Notes: a model not told the origin generated them from the letters alone. A stretch of DNA of 64,000 bases from Methanomassiliicoccaceae archaeon (GCA_963728405.1 CAVSJV010000017.1:398139-462138); one strand, 5' to 3'; numbered from the stretch's first letter, positions 10,473 to 22,621 are shown. Translations and numbers: made by a program.

Positions 10473-12764
10473 ATGTTTGGTGGGAGCAAGAAGAGCATAG
10501 CAGTAATGGTAATTGTCGTTCTGGTCATCACCGCCGGTCTGGCCGTTCTCGTTACCAGCAGCGGCGGTTCGAAAAAGCTCGAACCCATTTCCAACACAAC
10601 CGCAAAGGTATGGTTAAATGTCAATACCGACCAAAATTCATCGGTGAGCCCTGGTGACGCCTGGGGGGAGATCGAGACCTTCCAAGACGCAAAGGTCGGC
10701 ACCCTCAACTACTTCGGGAACGTGACCCTGACCCAGAACCCGAACACCGAGGCCGTCGTGCTTGACGGCTATGTGTGGGTAATGAGCCGTGGTAACACCC
10801 CCAACGCCAGTGTGCTACGGTTCACTCCGGGGATCGGAGGGAGCTCCTGGAACCTGTCCTTCGAAGCCTATGCACCCAATGGGGGAATCTACATAGGAAA
10901 TGACACTTCCAGCCCCCAGAGATTCGCCCTGCGGGCCTGCGTGGTCAATGGCCGCGGGGTGCCGGTGGCGACGGTCGAGCTTTCCTATGGGACGGAGGAC
11001 AATACCTACATTCGCGTCGCCGATAGCCTAGGTACCTGGACCACCATTGCCGATCGGATCCAAGCGGCGGAGACCAAAAAGACCTCGGGCTACGGTTTCG
11101 CTCCCGACCGATATATCGTCTCTTTCCAGCATGTGAACGGCCAGGATTGTGTCGTACGGGTCATCAGCACCGCGAGCGGCCTCGTCGGTTCGGCCACCGT
11201 CCCCATCCCATCGGCCTGGGGTTCCCCCCATCAGCTGGCAATGGGTTTCGACTCGATCGTGCAGTGCTATTCCACCGGTGTAGCAAAGTGCGGTTCCTGG
11301 GTGATCGACAATCTGGCCTGCCGCGGCGGGACCGTCCCCTACACTTTGGTGGGACCGACCTACGAGTACGCCGCCGAGAACGGCACGATGGTCGGTGACG
11401 GACAGGGCAACTACGGCAGACCGGTGGACAATGCGACCGTCACCATCTCCGGGGTAGCGGCCAGGTACAATGCGACCACTCACCTTTATGAGGCCGATCT
11501 GCCCATGAACGCCGACTGGAACAAGCGTTACGACTATACAGTAAGGGTGAACGGCATCCTTTACAAGGACAGGATGGCCTTGACCATGGTGTCCTCTCCA
11601 GAGCATGCCTTTCTGCCGCTATGGTGGAACGGGTGGGATTGGGTGAGCGTGTTTGGCCAGGATGATATCAGCAGTTTCCAGGAGATCCTCAGCACCTATG
11701 CGGGGTACGACCACCCCCTGACCGCTTATGTCATCTCCCCTTCCGGCAGTGCCAATGCCATCCTCGCCACCCAATCGGAATTGGCCATCCATAATCCCCA
11801 TGGGTACAATAATTACATGACCGATAACGCGGTCTTCTGGAACGATGCGATGAAAGATGCCATCAGTGGCCAGTCCACGATGGATGCATACCGGTTCGCC
11901 AGCAAATGGGATGACCCGTCCTATGTCGGCAAGGGCCGCACCTTCATCTCCATGGCCAATCCAGGGAACTTGGCAAGCTACGAGAAGATGTATGCCCTGT
12001 ACCTGAACGGGGTCCGCATCGATGGCCGATCGTCGGAAAGGTCGTGGGGCACCGCCGGCAACTTCAGCGAGATAGGCAGCTGGTATACCAAGAACTACGG
12101 CTACACCGACCCTAACGCGGCCTGGTACCCGTACTCGAACATCGATATGATGGATGCCAGTCGCCAGCTGAGCTGGGACCATTATCAGGACTGGAACACC
12201 ACCTTCAAGATGGTCGACTATGTGGCCACCCACAATGGGGTCCTGCGGGCCTACGGACACAATGACCATGGGAGCCCGATCATCCAGATCCCCGAGCAGA
12301 TGCACTGGATCGACGCTGCCAAGACGAACTACAGCTTAGAGAACTGGAAGGCCACCGACGGAGAGGTGGCTTCCTACGTATATGGCCGGTGGTCAACCGA
12401 CGTATCGTTCGCTGAAGGTCGCTCCACCGCCAACACCTGGGTCTTCGATGTGTGCAGGAAGGACCCCCAGGCTGCCGGTTACTGGCTCGTCCCGGTGACA
12501 GTGGGAGTGGACCTGGGCGGTAAAACGGTCAAGGACATTGCGGTGAAGGAAGGCGGCAAGACCTACAAGATGAGCGATGGCTCCCTGCACAACCTCGATG
12601 GGAAGAGGACCATGGACCTGGGATACGACATCCGCGACGGCAAGCTTTACGTGTCCCAGTTCTGGAACTCCAGCACCACCCTGACCGTGATCTTCGAAAC
12701 GGACCCCTCGGTCACCACCATAGAGCTGAGCCAGGCCTTTACCCCCCTGATGAAAGAGCCTTGA
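10473..12764 (+). CDS. Membrane-anchored extracellular protein with a C-terminal polysaccharide-deacetylase (CE4/NodB)-like domain
   Basis: N-terminal TM/signal, many N-x-S/T sequons, and motifs FGQDD, ELAIHNPH, ANPG, LRAYGH, WKAT..EVASY. Confidence 0.55.
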   Translation: MFGGSKKSIAVMVIVVLVITAGLAVLVTSSGGSKKLEPISNTTAKVWLNVNTDQNSSVSPGDAWGEIETFQDAKVGTLNYFGNVTLTQNPNTEAVVLDGYVWVMSRGNTPNASVLRFTPGIGGSSWNLSFEAYAPNGGIYIGNDTSSPQRFALRACVVNGRGVPVATVELSYGTEDNTYIRVADSLGTWTTIADRIQAAETKKTSGYGFAPDRYIVSFQHVNGQDCVVRVISTASGLVGSATVPIPSAWGSPHQLAMGFDSIVQCYSTGVAKCGSWVIDNLACRGGTVPYTLVGPTYEYAAENGTMVGDGQGNYGRPVDNATVTISGVAARYNATTHLYEADLPMNADWNKRYDYTVRVNGILYKDRMALTMVSSPEHAFLPLWWNGWDWVSVFGQDDISSFQEILSTYAGYDHPLTAYVISPSGSANAILATQSELAIHNPHGYNNYMTDNAVFWNDAMKDAISGQSTMDAYRFASKWDDPSYVGKGRTFISMANPGNLASYEKMYALYLNGVRIDGRSSERSWGTAGNFSEIGSWYTKNYGYTDPNAAWYPYSNIDMMDASRQLSWDHYQDWNTTFKMVDYVATHNGVLRAYGHNDHGSPIIQIPEQMHWIDAAKTNYSLENWKATDGEVASYVYGRWSTDVSFAEGRSTANTWVFDVCRKDPQAAGYWLVPVTVGVDLGGKTVKDIAVKEGGKTYKMSDGSLHNLDGKRTMDLGYDIRDGKLYVSQFWNSSTTLTVIFETDPSVTTIELSQAFTPLMKEP

Positions 12765-12817
12765 GGTCGGGACCAACATCAAGATAGGAGGCAGCGACCA
12801 TGTAGGTCATCGGGAAC

Positions 12818-13214
12818 ATGGGCCGCTCTAAGATCTTGGGCCTCCTCGGCGCCTCGTTGCTGGTCCTGGGCGTAGCGATCCTACTGGTGGCCATCGCCGA
12901 GGGGGAAGCGAGCATAGCATTGGTCATCATCATCCCGATCATCTATGGCGGGGGGGCCCTACTGGTTCTGGCAATCCTGTTGGTCTTTGTCGGTTTCTTC
13001 CTCTTGTCGTTCTCCTTGGCCCAAAGGACAGTCCCCGGAAGCGCCTTCGGCCCCCACGGAAATGAAGAAGGGGTTTGGCGGCGTGGTCCTCATCGGCCCG
13101 GTGCCCATCGTGTTCGGCTCGGCCCGGGCGCTCAAAGGGACGTGGGCCTTGGCGGCCCTGGCTGCGCTCTCCTTGATAGTGTTCTTGCTCTTCCTGTTCA
13201 TCCTTCTGAGATGA
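12818..13214 (+). CDS. DUF131 / TIGR00304 family membrane protein (frameshift near 13030)
   Basis: IIIPIIYG in one frame and GGVVLIGPVPIVFGS in another. Confidence 0.75.
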
Positions 13215-13413
13215 GGCGGAGGGCCGCGCTCTCGAGACCTTCGTCCTTCTTCTTCGCCTCGCGCAGCGCGGAAGTTATGATCACATAGCGCTCGAAATCC
13301 ATTCCTCGCTTTCTCAGCACCCGGCCCAGGGCGTGTTCCAGCTCTTCCTTGCGCAACTTTATGTCGAGCGCATCCTTCAACAGCTCTCGGTCCGCGGGGC
13401 CTAGCGATGCCAC
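13198..13413 (-). CDS. Small hypothetical protein coupled to guaAA
   Basis: 71-aa helical ORF overlapping the guaAA stop. Confidence 0.6.
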   Translation of the reverse strand: MASLGPADRELLKDALDIKLRKEELEHALGRVLRKRGMDFERYVIITSALREAKKKDEGLESAALRLISEG

Positions 13414-13973
13414 TCCTCGACCACCTTGAGGAAGTTCTGGAAGATCTCTGAACCGTGCTCGGTGTTCTCTACCTCAGGGTGGAACTGCAGCCCGTAGAAC
13501 GGCTTGTCCTTGACCTTGATGGCCTCCACCGGGCAGCTGATGGTGTGCGCTAGCACCTCGAAATTATCGGGCAACTTCACCACCTCGTCGTTGTGGCTTT
13601 CCCAGACCACGAACTCCTTCGGCAATCCCCGGAAGATCTCATCCTCCCGGTCGACGATGAGAGTAGCCTTCCCGAACTCCGGCTTGCCCGCCGCGCTCGT
13701 CGCTCCACCGTAGTGGTTGGCCATGAAATGGAACCCGGCGCAGATGCCCAATATGGGGAAGTCGGCCCGATCGAGGTATTCGCCGTTGCGGCCCATCTTC
13801 TCGCCCTCTGCGGCGACATGGGGAGAGCCACCGGACAGAACGAGCACATCCACGTCCAATTGGTCGAGGGGGGTGTTGTTCGGTATGATCTTGGTCTCGA
13901 CGTCCAGATATTTAAGGACCCGCCATTCACGGTGGGTCCACTGACCGCCGTTGTCGACCACGTAGACGCGCAT
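13401..13973 (-). CDS. guaAA: GMP synthase subunit A (glutamine amidotransferase)
   Basis: VVDNGGQWTHR, PILGICAG, ESHND, QFHPEV. Confidence 0.95.
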   Translation of the reverse strand: MRVYVVDNGGQWTHREWRVLKYLDVETKIIPNNTPLDQLDVDVLVLSGGSPHVAAEGEKMGRNGEYLDRADFPILGICAGFHFMANHYGGATSAAGKPEFGKATLIVDREDEIFRGLPKEFVVWESHNDEVVKLPDNFEVLAHTISCPVEAIKVKDKPFYGLQFHPEVENTEHGSEIFQNFLKVVEEWHR

Positions 13974-14072
13974 GAGCGTGTGAACGAATCCACTTAAATA
14001 AAATTTCTCTTCCCGGAGAGGACGTTGGGAAAAAAATCAGATTTATTAGCCAGTCCGCCATCTTACCCGGCG

Positions 14073-14787
14073 ATGAAAGCGGTCCTGTTCGACCTGGGGC
14101 ACACACTGATCGATTACTACTGCGACTGGAAGGGCCCAGAGGAGAGAGGCATTGGACGCATCTACGACCTCGTTCGCCAGGGGTCCCCGCGAGTGGACCG
14201 CACCGAGTTCACCGCGTACCTCTCCGAGCAGTTGGTCCGCGCTCGCAACCTGAAGTACAACAGGATGGTCGAGGTGCCCCTGGTCGAGCTGATAGGCACC
14301 TGCCTGGAACGGTACGGCTGCCTGGACGAGGACAACCTGCAGCAGAGCCTGGAGGCCTTCTACGGGGTGCTGCTAGAGGACCGCAAGCTGGTGAACGGGG
14401 CGGCCGAGCTGCTGGCCAGGCTGAAGGACCGGGGCCTGAGCATCGGCCTCATCTCCGATGTTGCCTGGGGCCTTCCTTCGGAGTTCCCCATGCGGGACAT
14501 CAGGTACTTTGGCCTGGATGCCTACTTCGACGACTATGTCTTCTCGACCGACCGTCGGGCTGAGGAAACCTCACCCCAAGATCTTCAAGATCGCGCTATC
14601 GAACCTGGGCGTGGATGCGTCCGAGGCGATGTATGTGGGTAACTCCATCGTGCAGGACATCAAGGGCGCCAAGGGCGTGGGCATGATGGCGGTGCTGAAG
14701 AGGTCTGCCTACTGCCCGCTCGAAGAGGGGGTCGTCCCGGACCACACCGTCTCCAATCTGGACGAGGTCGACGGACTGGTCGAGTAA
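14073..14787 (+). CDS. HAD-family hydrolase (frameshift near 14550)
   Basis: FDLGHTL, then in a shifted frame GLRKPHPKIF, YVGNS, DIKGA. Confidence 0.85.
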
Positions 14788-14790
14788 GGC

Positions 14791-15970
14791 CACTTTCGGT
14801 CACTTTCGGGGACCTCCCCCGGAGGAGCATAGTATCTCGGTCCTACAATGGGACATGCTTCTCACGGAGAAGGTAAAACTAATGGTAGATCCAGACCAGA
14901 AGCTGATCCTTCTCACCACAATGGAGATCTTCAACTTGGCGTGTGATAAGATATCAGCAATTGCGTTCAAGGAGAAGAGGTTTGACAAATTTTCTTTACA
15001 TAAACTGACATATTATGGTATCAGGGATGAGTTCAAGCTGCCCGCCCAGCTTGCTATCAGAGCCATTGGGAAGGTAACTGAATCGTACAAGCAAGAAAGG
15101 ACCGCAGCCCATCAATTTCGGAAGCGTGGGTGTGTCGTGTATGATGATCGGGTGCTCTCGTTAAAAGGAACAGAGAGCGTTTCAATAGGTACGATAGAAG
15201 GTCGAATGACCATCCCAATTAATTGTCGACAGGGGGGCTATCGAAAGGGAAGATACGAAATCAGATGGACCTTGTTTATGTTGATGGGGCCTTCTATCTG
15301 AACATAGTGGTCGAAGTACCCGATGAAGGTGAATTCCTACCTGTTGGGTTCCTGGGCATAGACATGGGAATAAAAAATCTGGCAGTTACAAGTGATGGCG
15401 AAATATTTAGCGGAGATAGTTGCAGAAAGCAAAGAAAAAAATATTTGACATTGAGAGGCAAGCTCCAGAAGGTCGGCACTAGGTCGGCCAAGAAACATCT
15501 TAAGAAACTGGCTCGAAAGGAGTCGCGTCATAAAAAGTATACAAATCATTGTGTTTCTAAGACCATAGTACTTGCCGCTGAAGGCACAGCGAGAGCGATT
15601 GCTATCGAGGATTTGAACGGCATTCGCTCTCAGAAGACGGTTAGCAAGCGGCGAAGAGCGGAGAGAGATGTCTGGGCTTTTGACCAATTAAAAAATTTTA
15701 TCGAATATAAGGCCAAAATCGTGGGGGTCCCAGTCGTATGGTTAATCCTTATGATACATCCATGATATGCTCAGAGTGCGGTCATTGCGACTCAGACAAT
15801 CGAGTAAAAAACCGCTTTCTATGCCTGCGATGCGGTCATCAGGAAGATGCAGATGTGAATGCCGCCAAGAACATCGCAAGCAGGGCCGCCATAGCCCGGC
15901 CTATTGTCGTCCCCCCGAAGATAGAAGGGGTTTGGAATGACAAGCCTCTATCATTCCAGATAGATGCTGG
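14791..15970 (+). mobile_element. IS200/IS605-family element, tnpB-only (IS1341-like)
   Basis: Lower-GC segment carrying tnpB. Left hairpin CCTCC-CCC-GGAGG (14813-14825); right hairpin TCTATC-ATTCCA-GATAGA (15947-15964). No tnpA in the window; exact ends uncertain. Confidence 0.75.
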
Positions 15971-16016
15971 CTACTCCCATTCGACCGTCGCGGGCGGTTT
16001 GTTGGTGATGTCGTAG
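14855..16016 (+). CDS. tnpB: RNA-guided endonuclease TnpB (frameshifts near 15235 and 15737)
   Basis: LPAQLAIRAI; RuvC-I GIDMG, RuvC-II IAIEDL, zinc finger CSEC...CLRC and RuvC-III DADVNAAKNI across three frames. Confidence 0.9.
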
Positions 16017-16918
16017 ACCACGCGGTTGACGTCGCTCTTCATCTCGTTGGTGATGCGGACCGAGATGTGCTCCAGGACCTCGTGCGGTATCTTCGAGTAC
16101 GAGGCGCTCATGCCGTCGATCGATTCCACCGAGCGCACCGCGATGGTCCGTCCGTAGGCGCGGTTGTCGCCCTGGACACCTACCGACTGGCAAGGGAGCA
16201 GGACGGCGAAGTACTGCCACGGACGGGTCATCTTCCCGGCCGCGGAGGCGTTCTCGAGCTCCTCCTCCACGATGGCACACGCCTCGCGGACGATATCAAC
16301 CGCTTCCGGGGTCGCCTCGCCCAGCACCCGGATGGCAAGGGCGGGACCAGGGAATGGCTGGCGTTCCGCCACTTCGACATTGAGGTACCGCGCGACCTTG
16401 CGCACCTCATCCTTGTACAGATCCCTCAGCGGTTCGACCAGTTTCATGTTCATGTCCTTGGGGAGCCCGCCGACGTTGTGATGGCTCTTGATGACATCCC
16501 TGACGCCGTCCCCGCTCTCGATCCAGTCGGGGGCGATGGTGCCCTGCACCAGGAACTCGGCGCCATACTCCTTGGCGGTGCGCTCGAAGACGCGAATGAA
16601 CCGCTCGCCGATGATCTTGCGCTTTCTCTCCGGCTCGGTAATGCCCTGCATGGCAGCGAAGAACTCCTCGCTGGCATCGATGAGGCGATAGTTCACGCCA
16701 AGCCGATCGAACATCAGGCCCACGGCCTCGGTCTCGCCCTTCCTCATGAAGCCGTTGTTAACGTAGACGGTCAGGAGGCGGTCGCCGATCGCTCGGGACA
16801 CGAGCACCGCGGCCACCGTACTGTCCACTCCCCCGGAACAGGCGATGATCGCCCTTCCCTTGATCTGGGCCTTGATCTCCTCGATCTGCTCGTTGACGAA
16901 CTTATCAGGCTTGAACAT
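15971..16918 (-). CDS. guaAB: GMP synthase subunit B (ATP pyrophosphatase)
   Basis: SGGVDS, QGTIAPDWIES, IKSHHNV, PFPGP, KPPATVEWE. Confidence 0.95.
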   Translation of the reverse strand: MFKPDKFVNEQIEEIKAQIKGRAIIACSGGVDSTVAAVLVSRAIGDRLLTVYVNNGFMRKGETEAVGLMFDRLGVNYRLIDASEEFFAAMQGITEPERKRKIIGERFIRVFERTAKEYGAEFLVQGTIAPDWIESGDGVRDVIKSHHNVGGLPKDMNMKLVEPLRDLYKDEVRKVARYLNVEVAERQPFPGPALAIRVLGEATPEAVDIVREACAIVEEELENASAAGKMTRPWQYFAVLLPCQSVGVQGDNRAYGRTIAVRSVESIDGMSASYSKIPHEVLEHISVRITNEMKSDVNRVVYDITNKPPATVEWE

Positions 16919-17387
16919 CCTTGCTCACCTCCTCGGAATCACGCTCGACCGACTCGGCCATATCCTCCCGGTGTCTGGTCAGCTTCTGGGCGATGCCCTG
17001 TTCCTTTAGACCAAGTATCTGCAGCGCCAGCAATGCGGCGTTGTCCCCACGGTCCAGGCCTACCGCTGCGACGGGGATCCCTGACGGCATCTGAACAATG
17101 GACAGGATGGAGTCCAGGTTGACCTTGCCGCTCACCGGGACGCCTATGACCGGCCTCACCGTCGATGCTGCTACCGCCCCAGGCAGGGCTGCGGATAGCC
17201 CGGCAATGGCGATGAATATCTCAGCATCGCTGCCGGAGACGATCTCCCTGACCCGGTCGGGGGTGCGATGGGCGGACGCTACCACGGTCTGAGAGCTGAC
17301 TCCGAACTCTTTGAAAATATCAGAGGCCCTCTTGGCCACCGGGGCGTCGTGCTTGCTGCCCAGGATGATGAGGACTTGCGGCATCAT
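16905..17387 (-). CDS. purE: N5-carboxyaminoimidazole ribonucleotide mutase
   Basis: LGSKHD, SAHRTP, AGLSAALPG, PVIGVP, VQMPSGIPVA. Confidence 0.95.
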   Translation of the reverse strand: MMPQVLIILGSKHDAPVAKRASDIFKEFGVSSQTVVASAHRTPDRVREIVSGSDAEIFIAIAGLSAALPGAVAASTVRPVIGVPVSGKVNLDSILSIVQMPSGIPVAAVGLDRGDNAALLALQILGLKEQGIAQKLTRHREDMAESVERDSEEVSKDVQA

Positions 17388-17447
17388 GCCATGCAAACAA
17401 TGCTCCATTAAAAAAGGTTGTGATGGGAAGGGGTTTGAGTTACCCGT

Positions 17448-17744
17448 TCAGGATTTCATGATGGCCAACAGGAACACACCTATGGCGATCAAGGCCCCGA
17501 TGAGGGCTGCCAGGATGTAAAGGAAGGCTGCCCAGATGGTCGCTCCGATGTTAACGTCGATCAGGCTGGGGTCCACCAGGCGGAGGCCAACCCAGATGAT
17601 GCCAATGAGCAGGCCGACCACGAGGAGCACAACACCGATGGTGCGGCTCTTGCCACTCCCGAAGTAGGCGGTGAAGATACCAGCCAGTACAAGGAAGAGG
17701 CCCAAAGTCATTAGAAGTATAGTCAAGAATTCCATCAGTTGCAT
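17448..17744 (-). CDS. Small conserved membrane protein (3 TM)
   Basis: AGIFTAYFGSGKSRTIG; hydrophobic. Confidence 0.75.
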   Translation of the reverse strand: MQLMEFLTILLMTLGLFLVLAGIFTAYFGSGKSRTIGVVLLVVGLLIGIIWVGLRLVDPSLIDVNIGATIWAAFLYILAALIGALIAIGVFLLAIMKS

Positions 17745-17757
17745 TTTTTCACCTGTT

Positions 17758-18012
17758 TCAGAACTTAATGCCCGTGAGCGTCTTGGTGTCTATGACCCCG
17801 GGGATCGATCTGATCTTGTCCACGACCACCTGGCCTAGGAGGTTGAAATCCTCTGCTTCGATCTTTGCGATCAGATCATACTCTCCGAACAGGGGATGGA
17901 GCTCTACGACCTCCTTGACCTTGAGGAGCTCGTTGTAGACCTCATGCTCCTTGGCCGGCGCTGTGCTAATCAGTACGAACCCCACTGCCAAACTCTCACC
18001 TTGCTGCCCCAT
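17758..18012 (-). CDS. Stand-alone Lrp/AsnC ligand-binding (RAM) domain protein
   Basis: LFGEYDLIAKIE...IPGVIDTKT; no HTH. Confidence 0.9.
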   Translation of the reverse strand: MGQQGESLAVGFVLISTAPAKEHEVYNELLKVKEVVELHPLFGEYDLIAKIEAEDFNLLGQVVVDKIRSIPGVIDTKTLTGIKF

Positions 18013-18288
18013 TAGTTTATATGTGATAATAAATGTTTCGACCTCGAAATTTTTACTGGCTTACGGAGTTTTTTAACTTAATAGGCGCGATAAAACACCC
18101 GCTTTCACGACGGAGGGAGGGGAAGCTTGAGCAGATTCGAAGCTCTTTCTAAAGGTCCGACCGCCTGCTTCGCCGCCTCCCTGGCAGACCATCGAGACGA
18201 CCGGGACCTACCGTTGGCTAACATCAGGCAAGACCTCCCTAGTGAGAGACGGACATATGATGCAAGATGCTCCGGCCGAGGGGGCAAA

Positions 18289-19223
18289 TCATTGATCGGC
18301 GAACCGGTCGAGGGCCGACAATAGGTCGCCGGCCCTGTGCTCCACCCCTTCCCATGTAGGGATATTGGTCACAGATCCCTTTGATTCAAGAACGAACGAG
18401 GCCGTGGCATTTCCATAGGCCATCGATTCGAGGAGCCCGTGACCGCGATATTGTCCAGCGTAGAAGCCGGCCCGGAAGGCGTCCCCCGCGCCGGTAGGAT
18501 CGATGATCTTTTCCGGCCTGGCCGGCAGCACCTTCCATGAACCCTTTCCCGTAAAGGCCACGGCGCCCTCCCCGCCCCGGGTGTTGATCACTGTAGAGAC
18601 GTACGGAAGCAGGCCTTCCGGTCCCGCCGCGCCCATGTATCTAAGGGCAGTGCGGAGCTCGTTCTGGTTGCAGAAGAAACGATCGGCCAGCGGGAGGGCG
18701 AGCCGGAACGTCTCCTCGTCCCAGATGCGGTGGACTTCCTGGGCCGGATCGAAGGAGATGTCCTTTCCCAGCCCTCGGGCCTCCTTCATCACCTTCAGGT
18801 AGTATTCCGGCCGGCCGGTCGAGATGTGCACGAACTTGGCCTCGCGGGCGGCGGCCAGGCGTACCTCGAAATTGGCCATGTCTCGCATCGGTCCCTGATA
18901 GACGTAGGCGACCTGGTTCTCCTGGGCGTCGGAGACGATGAGCACGGTGGATGTCTCATAGCCGTCGACGGTCACGACCTCTTTCAGATCTACTCCCTTC
19001 GATTCCATGAAGTGGCGGAAGTCCGGCGGAAGGTCCGCGCCGACGAAGGAGCACAATGCGGTGGGGACGCCCAACGAGGCGGCGACGGTGGCGATGTTGG
19101 CGCCGGTCCCCCCGTGGTAGCGGTGCTTCTCCAGTATGTCTACGGAGGTGTTCGGTTCAGGAAAGTGATCGAGGGACATTATCTGGTCCAGGCACACGTG
19201 GCCGTAGACGACCAGGAACGGCC

Positions 19224-19227
<4 letters not shown>
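18289..19227 (-). CDS. PfkB-family carbohydrate/nucleoside kinase
   Basis: GGTGANIA, NQNE, DPTGAGDAFRAG; co-directional with ahcY, consistent with an adenosine/nucleoside kinase. Confidence 0.9.
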
Positions 19228-20462
<1,235 letters not shown>

Positions 20463-20506
20463 GGGAACACCACCCTTGGCATTGAAAAAGCCCTTAATGT
20501 GCTTTG

Positions 20507-21245
20507 CTACCCCTTCAGCAGGGCGCACATGGCCTCTCTGGACCGCCGGAGGTTATCAGCATTGCTGAACGAGGCGATGAGGCGCTTCCTCTCCGCCGGA
20601 TCGTTCCTGAGCTCGTGAATGGCATTCTCGATGCTAGGGGCCGCCCTGGTCAGCTCGTCGACCGCGGTGACATGTGATTCAACGGCCGTCCGAGACAGCG
20701 GGTTCAGGTCGATGGCCAGCACGGTCTTCCCGGCTTTGACCAGCGCACCGGCCCGGTCACCATCTTCCAGGGGGATGAGCACGACATCGGCGCGATAGAT
20801 GCCTTCGGTGGCGCACCGGGCCCGGTCCGACGCTATACCTTCTAACCGGGACGCTTGCTCTCGCCCCAGCACATCTCGGCCGCCGTGTCGCTCCAGATAC
20901 TGGCACACCCTCTCCACCCTCTCCGGGGAGCGGTGGAACAGGTTCACCTCGACCTGGGCAGGGACGGCTCGGGCCAGGGATAGTAGCCCTTCGGCGCACA
21001 GGCCGGCGGCGTTGCCGTTAATGGTGATGACCGGACGCTTCGCTTCCAGCAGGTGCGCGGCCATGACCATCTCGGACCGCTGGGCGGTCTCAGCTGGTCC
21101 TCTCGCCCAGCAGATAGTCGAAGGCCTCGCCCCGGCCGTGGGCGATGAGCCCGGTCGGCGCGACCACGCCTTCCCTGACCAGATCGGACATCCTCTCCCG
21201 CACCACTAGGGATCGGTAGCGGGGATGGTCCTTGGATATCTCCAT
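20507..21245 (-). CDS. pps: Archaeal 4-phosphopantoate--beta-alanine ligase (frameshift near 21095)
   Basis: [24 protein letters not shown], then [29 protein letters not shown]. Confidence 0.9.
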
Positions 21246-21415
21246 GCTCCGACCATGGGCAAGGAGCGTATAATCATTATCGTTCCCACGTAACGACAGT
21301 GTTATGGCCAGCGTCCGAGGGGCGACAAACAAAGATAATAAAGGCTATCGTAATGTACTTATACTCGTTTTCCAATCTACTTGAACATACCGGTCGTTGT
21401 ATCCCTGGTGATAAA

Positions 21416-21685
21416 ATGAAACTTCTAGGAATGATCCAGGACGTTGGTTTTGATGGAAAGCTCATCGTAAGGGGAGCTTTCGCCCCCGCCCCCCGGGAGA
21501 GGGTCGTGGACAACAGGAGCAAGCCGCTGGGCTACGTGCGTAGAGTGTTCGGCCCGGTCGACTCACCCTACATCATCGTTGAACCGGCTGGTAAGAGCAA
21601 CCTGCTCGCAGCTGTGGGGAAGCAGGTCTACGTCGAGGAGGTCGGATATTATGCCAAAGGTAAGAGAAGGGACCGAAGAGATTGA
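21416..21685 (+). CDS. gar1: H/ACA RNP component Gar1/Naf1 family
   Basis: [14 protein letters not shown]; conserved gar1-tfb adjacency. Confidence 0.85.
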   Translation: MKLLGMIQDVGFDGKLIVRGAFAPAPRERVVDNRSKPLGYVRRVFGPVDSPYIIVEPAGKSNLLAAVGKQVYVEEVGYYAKGKRRDRRD

Positions 21686-22583
21686 GAAATGCCCCGAGTG
21701 CGCGGGCAAGCATCTGGTCAGGGACTATGAGCGCGGTGAGCTCATCTGCGAGGACTGCGGTCTAGTGCTGGACGATCAGTTCATTGATCAGGGGCCGGAG
21801 TGGAGGGCCTTCGACGTTGAGCAGGGTGAGAAGAGGGCCAGGACCGGGGCCCCCATGACCTATACCATTCACGACAAGGGCCTGTCGACCGAGATCTCCT
21901 GGAAGAACAAGGACAGCTACGGCAAGAGCATACCCACCAGGAATCGCGCTCAGCTCTATCGCCTGCGGAAGTGGCAGCGCCGGATCAGGGTCTCCAATGC
22001 CACAGAAAGGAACCTGGCGTTCGCGTTGTCCGAGTTGGACCGCATGGCCTCGGCCATGGGCCTGCCCCGGAACGTGCGGGAGACGGCGGCCATGGTATAC
22101 CGTAAGGCGGTCAACAAGAACCTCATCCGCGGACGGAGCATCGAGGGAGTGGTAGCGGCGTCGTTGTACGCAGCATGCCGCCAATGTAACGTTCCGAGGA
22201 CGCTGGACGAGGTCGCCAACTCCTCCCGGGTAGGGAGAAAGGAGATCGGAAGGACCTACCGGTTCATGACCCGAGAGCTGAAGCTGAAGCTCATGCCGAC
22301 CAGGCCCCAGGACTATGTGCAGAGGTTCTGCTCCGAGCTCAAGCTCAGTGGCGAGGTACAGTCCAAGGCCGCCGAGATCCTGAAGGATGCGGCCAAGAAG
22401 GAACTGACCTCCGGACGCGGCCCAACGGGAGTAGCGGCCGCGGCCATCTACATCGCCTCCATCCTGTGCAACGAGCGCAGGACCCAGAGGGAGGTCGCGG
22501 ACATTGCTGGGGTCACTGAGGTCACCATCAGGAACCGCTACAAGGAGCTGACCGAGAAGTTGGGCATCGAGATCCAGCTCTAA
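21651..22583 (+). CDS. tfb: Transcription initiation factor IIB
   Basis: CPEC...CEDCG ribbon, [10 protein letters not shown], two cyclin repeats, [12 protein letters not shown]. Confidence 0.98.
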   Translation: MPKVREGTEEIEKCPECAGKHLVRDYERGELICEDCGLVLDDQFIDQGPEWRAFDVEQGEKRARTGAPMTYTIHDKGLSTEISWKNKDSYGKSIPTRNRAQLYRLRKWQRRIRVSNATERNLAFALSELDRMASAMGLPRNVRETAAMVYRKAVNKNLIRGRSIEGVVAASLYAACRQCNVPRTLDEVANSSRVGRKEIGRTYRFMTRELKLKLMPTRPQDYVQRFCSELKLSGEVQSKAAEILKDAAKKELTSGRGPTGVAAAAIYIASILCNERRTQREVADIAGVTEVTIRNRYKELTEKLGIEIQL

Positions 22584-22593
22584 GCTCCAAACA

Positions 22594-22612
22594 CCTTTTT
22601 CAATTTTTCTTT
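22594..22612 (+). terminator. T-rich archaeal terminator after tfb
   Basis: CCTTTTTTCAATTTTTCTT immediately after the stop codon. Confidence 0.55.
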
Positions 22613-22621
22613 AACTTAGGT

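Noticed and set aside
18100-18288. 60-65 aa ORFs or an ncRNA between the Lrp and PfkB genes
   Set aside because: No recognisable motif, RBS or convincing structure; left unannotated.
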